A stretch of DNA of 64,000 nucleotides. It comes from Candidatus Methanomethylicia archaeon (GTDB lineage Archaea; Thermoproteota; Methanomethylicia; Culexarchaeales; Culexarchaeaceae). This document shows, piece after piece, positions 61,085-64,000 of the stretch; the stretch's first letter is position 1; each line of letters begins with the position of its first letter. The stretch lies in contig JAVYVS010000002.1 of the NCBI GenBank assembly GCA_038727515.1, positions 192,001 to 256,000 on the forward strand. Direction: 5' to 3'. The notes beneath the pieces are model-generated. The model worked only from the letters and a program-made list of their open reading frames with translations. It was not told the origin of the DNA and searched no databases. The position numbers and the translations under genes are program-made.

Positions 61085-61933
61085 CTAAATTTTAATCCAT
61101 TTTCTACCCTTTTCCTCTAGATATCTTATTGTCATTTCTCTATGGTTTCTTTTTAAACCCTTCCATTCTATTAATACATAGTTCACTTCTTCATCATTTC
61201 TTTTAATTGCCATTTCCAGCTCCCTTTCAGTTATCTTGTCATATACATATTCAGGTATTATATGTCCTATAGCATATTCTGTTTCAAGGATTTTCCTTGT
61301 AAATGTTGGTGCATAATGTGGTCCTCCAAGTCCTATGGCAACTTTATATTCATTACATTTCATTTTAAATCTGTTTTCTATAACTTTAATTATTGCTTCT
61401 GAAACTATGTATGCTGCTCTTTCATCCCTCCAATTTTCTTCTACGCTTCCAAGTTCTATGAATATTGTTGGTGTATTTTCTACGTATGGGCCGTGATGAG
61501 TTACTTCTAATCCAACTTTATACTCACTTAGATTATTTTCTCTAGTTAATTTCTCCATTTCATTTACAGCTATTTTCAGAGCTTTTGGAGATGCTATTGC
61601 TATTTTTCTTGATTCTCCACCTAAACTTGTATCTTCAGTCCAATTTCCAGGTGTATGCGATAGTAATGCTGGTATCCTACTTTCTGCTGAGTGTCTAGAT
61701 GCAAATATAAATAATTCTGCTTTAAATTTATCTTCAAGTTTTTCAGCATATATTGAATCTACTGGTATTTCTACAATTAATGCTTCAATATTTTTGTTAC
61801 GATATACCTTTATGCCACTTGAATACTCCATTTTAAAATTATGATTTCTAATTAACTGATTTTTTATGTTTTGTGCCGCTATATCATTTATTGATGCAAA
61901 TACTATTACCCTTGATTCTATTATTATAGTCAT
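61085..61933 (-). CDS. dtdA: D-aminoacyl-tRNA deacylase, archaeal DTD2 type
   Basis: FASRH, HTPGN, EVTHHGP, FIELGS, GGPHYAP, GHIIP. Confidence 0.92.
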   Translation of the reverse strand: MTIIIESRVIVFASINDIAAQNIKNQLIRNHNFKMEYSSGIKVYRNKNIEALIVEIPVDSIYAEKLEDKFKAELFIFASRHSAESRIPALLSHTPGNWTEDTSLGGESRKIAIASPKALKIAVNEMEKLTRENNLSEYKVGLEVTHHGPYVENTPTIFIELGSVEENWRDERAAYIVSEAIIKVIENRFKMKCNEYKVAIGLGGPHYAPTFTRKILETEYAIGHIIPEYVYDKITERELEMAIKRNDEEVNYVLIEWKGLKRNHREMTIRYLEEKGRKWIKI

Positions 61934-61964
61934 TTAATTTCATTAATTGATTGTCCATCTAGAT

Positions 61965-63218
61965 TTAAATCATTTTCCCAGTTCTAAATAGCCTTGGGAA
62001 TGAAACTGCATCTCTTATATGCTCTAGTTTACAGATCCACCATGTTAATCTATCTATACCCATTCCAAATCCTGCGTGTGGTACAGATCCATATCTCCTC
62101 AAATCTAAGTACCAATCATAATTTTCTGGGTTAAATCCTTCAGCCCTTATCCTACTCACCAATTTATCTATATCATCTTCCCTTTCTCCTCCGGTTGCCA
62201 TTTCCCCATAACCTTCTGGTGCAAGTAAATCTACTGTAGCTCCCATTCCAGGTTTATCCTTCATTTCCTTCACATAAAATGGTTTATACTTTAATGGGTA
62301 ACCCACTAGGAATATGGGTTCTTTAAGTTGATTTGTTAAGAAATATTCTTCATCTCCACCAATTTCATCTCCAATTTCTATTTTTACATTTAGTGTTTTC
62401 AATTTCTCTATGGCTTCTTCATAACTTATCCTTTTGAATGGTGTTTTTATCTCCATTAATTCGTTTGGATCTCTACCTAGAAATTTAAGTTCATATTTAC
62501 ATTTTTCAGCTACTGATTGGCATATGTATGATAGGAGTTCTTCTTCTAGCTTCATTAATCCATTGAGATCCATCCATGCAGCTTCAGCTTCTAAATGCCA
62601 GAATTCTGCTAAATGTCTTCTAGTCCTAGATTTCTCAGCTCTAAATGATGGCGCTAAACACCAAACTTTTTCATACGTAAATATCATTACTTCTAGGTAT
62701 AATTGTGAACTTTGAGTTAAATATGCTGGTGTATCAAAGTAATCTATTTTGAAGAGTGTAGCCCCCCCTTCACATGCTGTTGTCACTATTATTGGTGGTG
62801 AAACTTCTATGTATCCATTGTTTATAAAGAATTCTCTACTTGCCTTCAGTATCTCACTTCTAACTTTAAATATTGCTTGGTATCTCGGTCCCCTTATAGC
62901 TAAATGTCTTTTCTCCATTAATACTTCAGGTGAATGCTCCTTTTTCCCAAGTGGATATGGTGATTCTGCTAAATGAACTATCTCTAGATTTTTAACAATG
63001 AATTCTTTACCTCTTGGAGCTCTATCTTCAATCTTCCATTCACCATGTAATACTATACTTGATTCTTGAGTTAATTTTTCAGCTTTACTCCAATTTTCCT
63101 CGTCAACAGATTCCCTTCTTACAATACATTGAGTTATTCCTTCTCCGTTCCTTAAATCTATAAATATTATTCCTCCATGCTCTCTCTTCCTCAAAACCCA
63201 TCCACGTATTTCCTCCAT
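61965..63218 (-). CDS. asnS: Asparaginyl-tRNA synthetase
   Basis: OB fold (RGWV), CEGGATLF, LTQSSQLYLE, FRAEKSRTRRHLAEFWHLE, YGSVPHAGFGMG. Confidence 0.92.
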   Translation of the reverse strand: MEEIRGWVLRKREHGGIIFIDLRNGEGITQCIVRRESVDEENWSKAEKLTQESSIVLHGEWKIEDRAPRGKEFIVKNLEIVHLAESPYPLGKKEHSPEVLMEKRHLAIRGPRYQAIFKVRSEILKASREFFINNGYIEVSPPIIVTTACEGGATLFKIDYFDTPAYLTQSSQLYLEVMIFTYEKVWCLAPSFRAEKSRTRRHLAEFWHLEAEAAWMDLNGLMKLEEELLSYICQSVAEKCKYELKFLGRDPNELMEIKTPFKRISYEEAIEKLKTLNVKIEIGDEIGGDEEYFLTNQLKEPIFLVGYPLKYKPFYVKEMKDKPGMGATVDLLAPEGYGEMATGGEREDDIDKLVSRIRAEGFNPENYDWYLDLRRYGSVPHAGFGMGIDRLTWWICKLEHIRDAVSFPRLFRTGKMI

Positions 63219-63390
63219 ATTTTCATCCTCAAACTACATGTTACATTATCTATAGAGCTCTTCTACTTAATTATTTTATCTATTTTTTATTGAAAAAAAA
63301 TATTATAAGTTTATTTACTTGTGAATTTTTATATGATTTCTTCAATCTTTTTTCATGAATTTATTGTTTAAAATAAAAAAATTTTTGTTT

Positions 63391-63615
63391 TTATCCACAT
63401 GAACTATGCTTTATTGCTCCACGTGGACATGCAACCACACATGCACAACACTGTATACAATTATCTATATTTTCCGCAATTGATTTTCCACCTTCTAACC
63501 TATATACGGATGTAGGACAAACCCTCACGCATTCACCTTCCCCAGTACACTTATCATAGTCTATTTCTATTGTTATCCCAAGACCTTCACTTTTCCATAC
63601 TTTCACATTTGCCAT
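63391..63615 (-). CDS. Dicluster ferredoxin
   Basis: CTGEGECVRVCP and CIQCCACVVACP. Confidence 0.9.
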   Translation of the reverse strand: MANVKVWKSEGLGITIEIDYDKCTGEGECVRVCPTSVYRLEGGKSIAENIDNCIQCCACVVACPRGAIKHSSCG

Positions 63616-63753
63616 TTTAGGTCAAGAAACATTATTGTGTTTAATATATATTAAGTTTTTGAAATCAATACCATGATAAATTACAGGATGTATTAATAGT
63701 AAAATTTTTAATCGTATTTTGTATTCATTAAGTGTAATCATAGGTGTGTTTCA

Positions 63754-64000
63754 ATGGTTGGCGATTTAAAACATCAAATGGTCTATACATTTGAAGAAGC
63801 TGATCCATCAGATGTGAAATTGCTTGGAGGTAAAGGTGCTGGTCTTTGTTTAATGATTCAACAAGGACTTCCAGTTCCACCTGGAATAATAATTACCACA
63901 GAAGTTTGTAAAGCCTTTTATGAAGCTGGTGAGCAACTTCCAGATGGTTTAATGGATGCTGTTAAAGAGAAAATACGTTACATTGAGGAGGAAACTGGTA
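63754..64000 (+). CDS. ppdK: Pyruvate, phosphate dikinase (5' part, runs off the window)
   Basis: MVGDLKHQMVYTFEEADPSDVKLLGGKGAGL...GLPVPPGIIITTEVC; RBS AGGTG upstream. Confidence 0.88.
   Translation, partial: MVGDLKHQMVYTFEEADPSDVKLLGGKGAGLCLMIQQGLPVPPGIIITTEVCKAFYEAGEQLPDGLMDAVKEKIRYIEEETG

Noticed and set aside
1-64000. CRISPR arrays, tRNA/rRNA genes, transposases, proviral genes
   Set aside because: None recognised by eye; intergenic gaps are short (under about 180 bp) and AT-rich. Small ncRNAs could have been missed.

Overview
AT-rich (roughly 30% GC by eye), gene-dense archaeal chromosomal segment. It is probably from an anaerobic TACK-lineage archaeon; this is an inference from archaeal-type DTD2, pantoate kinase, Mtd, ATPase-type HypB and GAGGTG/GGTG ribosome-binding sites. 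It holds about 58 protein genes: aminoacyl-tRNA synthetases and editing factors (metG, trpS, asnS, ThrRS-ed, AlaX, B3/4, DTD2), C1 metabolism (fhs-folD divergent from mtd), hydrogenase maturation (hypD, hypA, hypB), arginine/ornithine and peptide/D-amino-acid catabolism, a heterodimeric ABC exporter, tldD/pmbA and the 5' end of ppdK. I recognised no rRNA, tRNA, CRISPR array or transposase. The standout observation is in hypD, which the ORF track shows as 5'-truncated. It is interrupted inside its essential CGTH motif by a 23-nt GC-rich insert (11838-11860) that folds with the flanking exons into a bulge-helix-bulge (BHB) motif. Cutting at the canonical BHB positions exactly restores a 364-aa HypD, so this is a candidate endonuclease-spliced mRNA intron in a gene other than cbf5. 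Secondary points are a back-to-back folate/methanopterin C1 locus with atypical Fhs and FolD, an AEP primase-like fusion protein, a TrxR-GNAT fusion and a kinase-fold ORF lacking the catalytic Asp.
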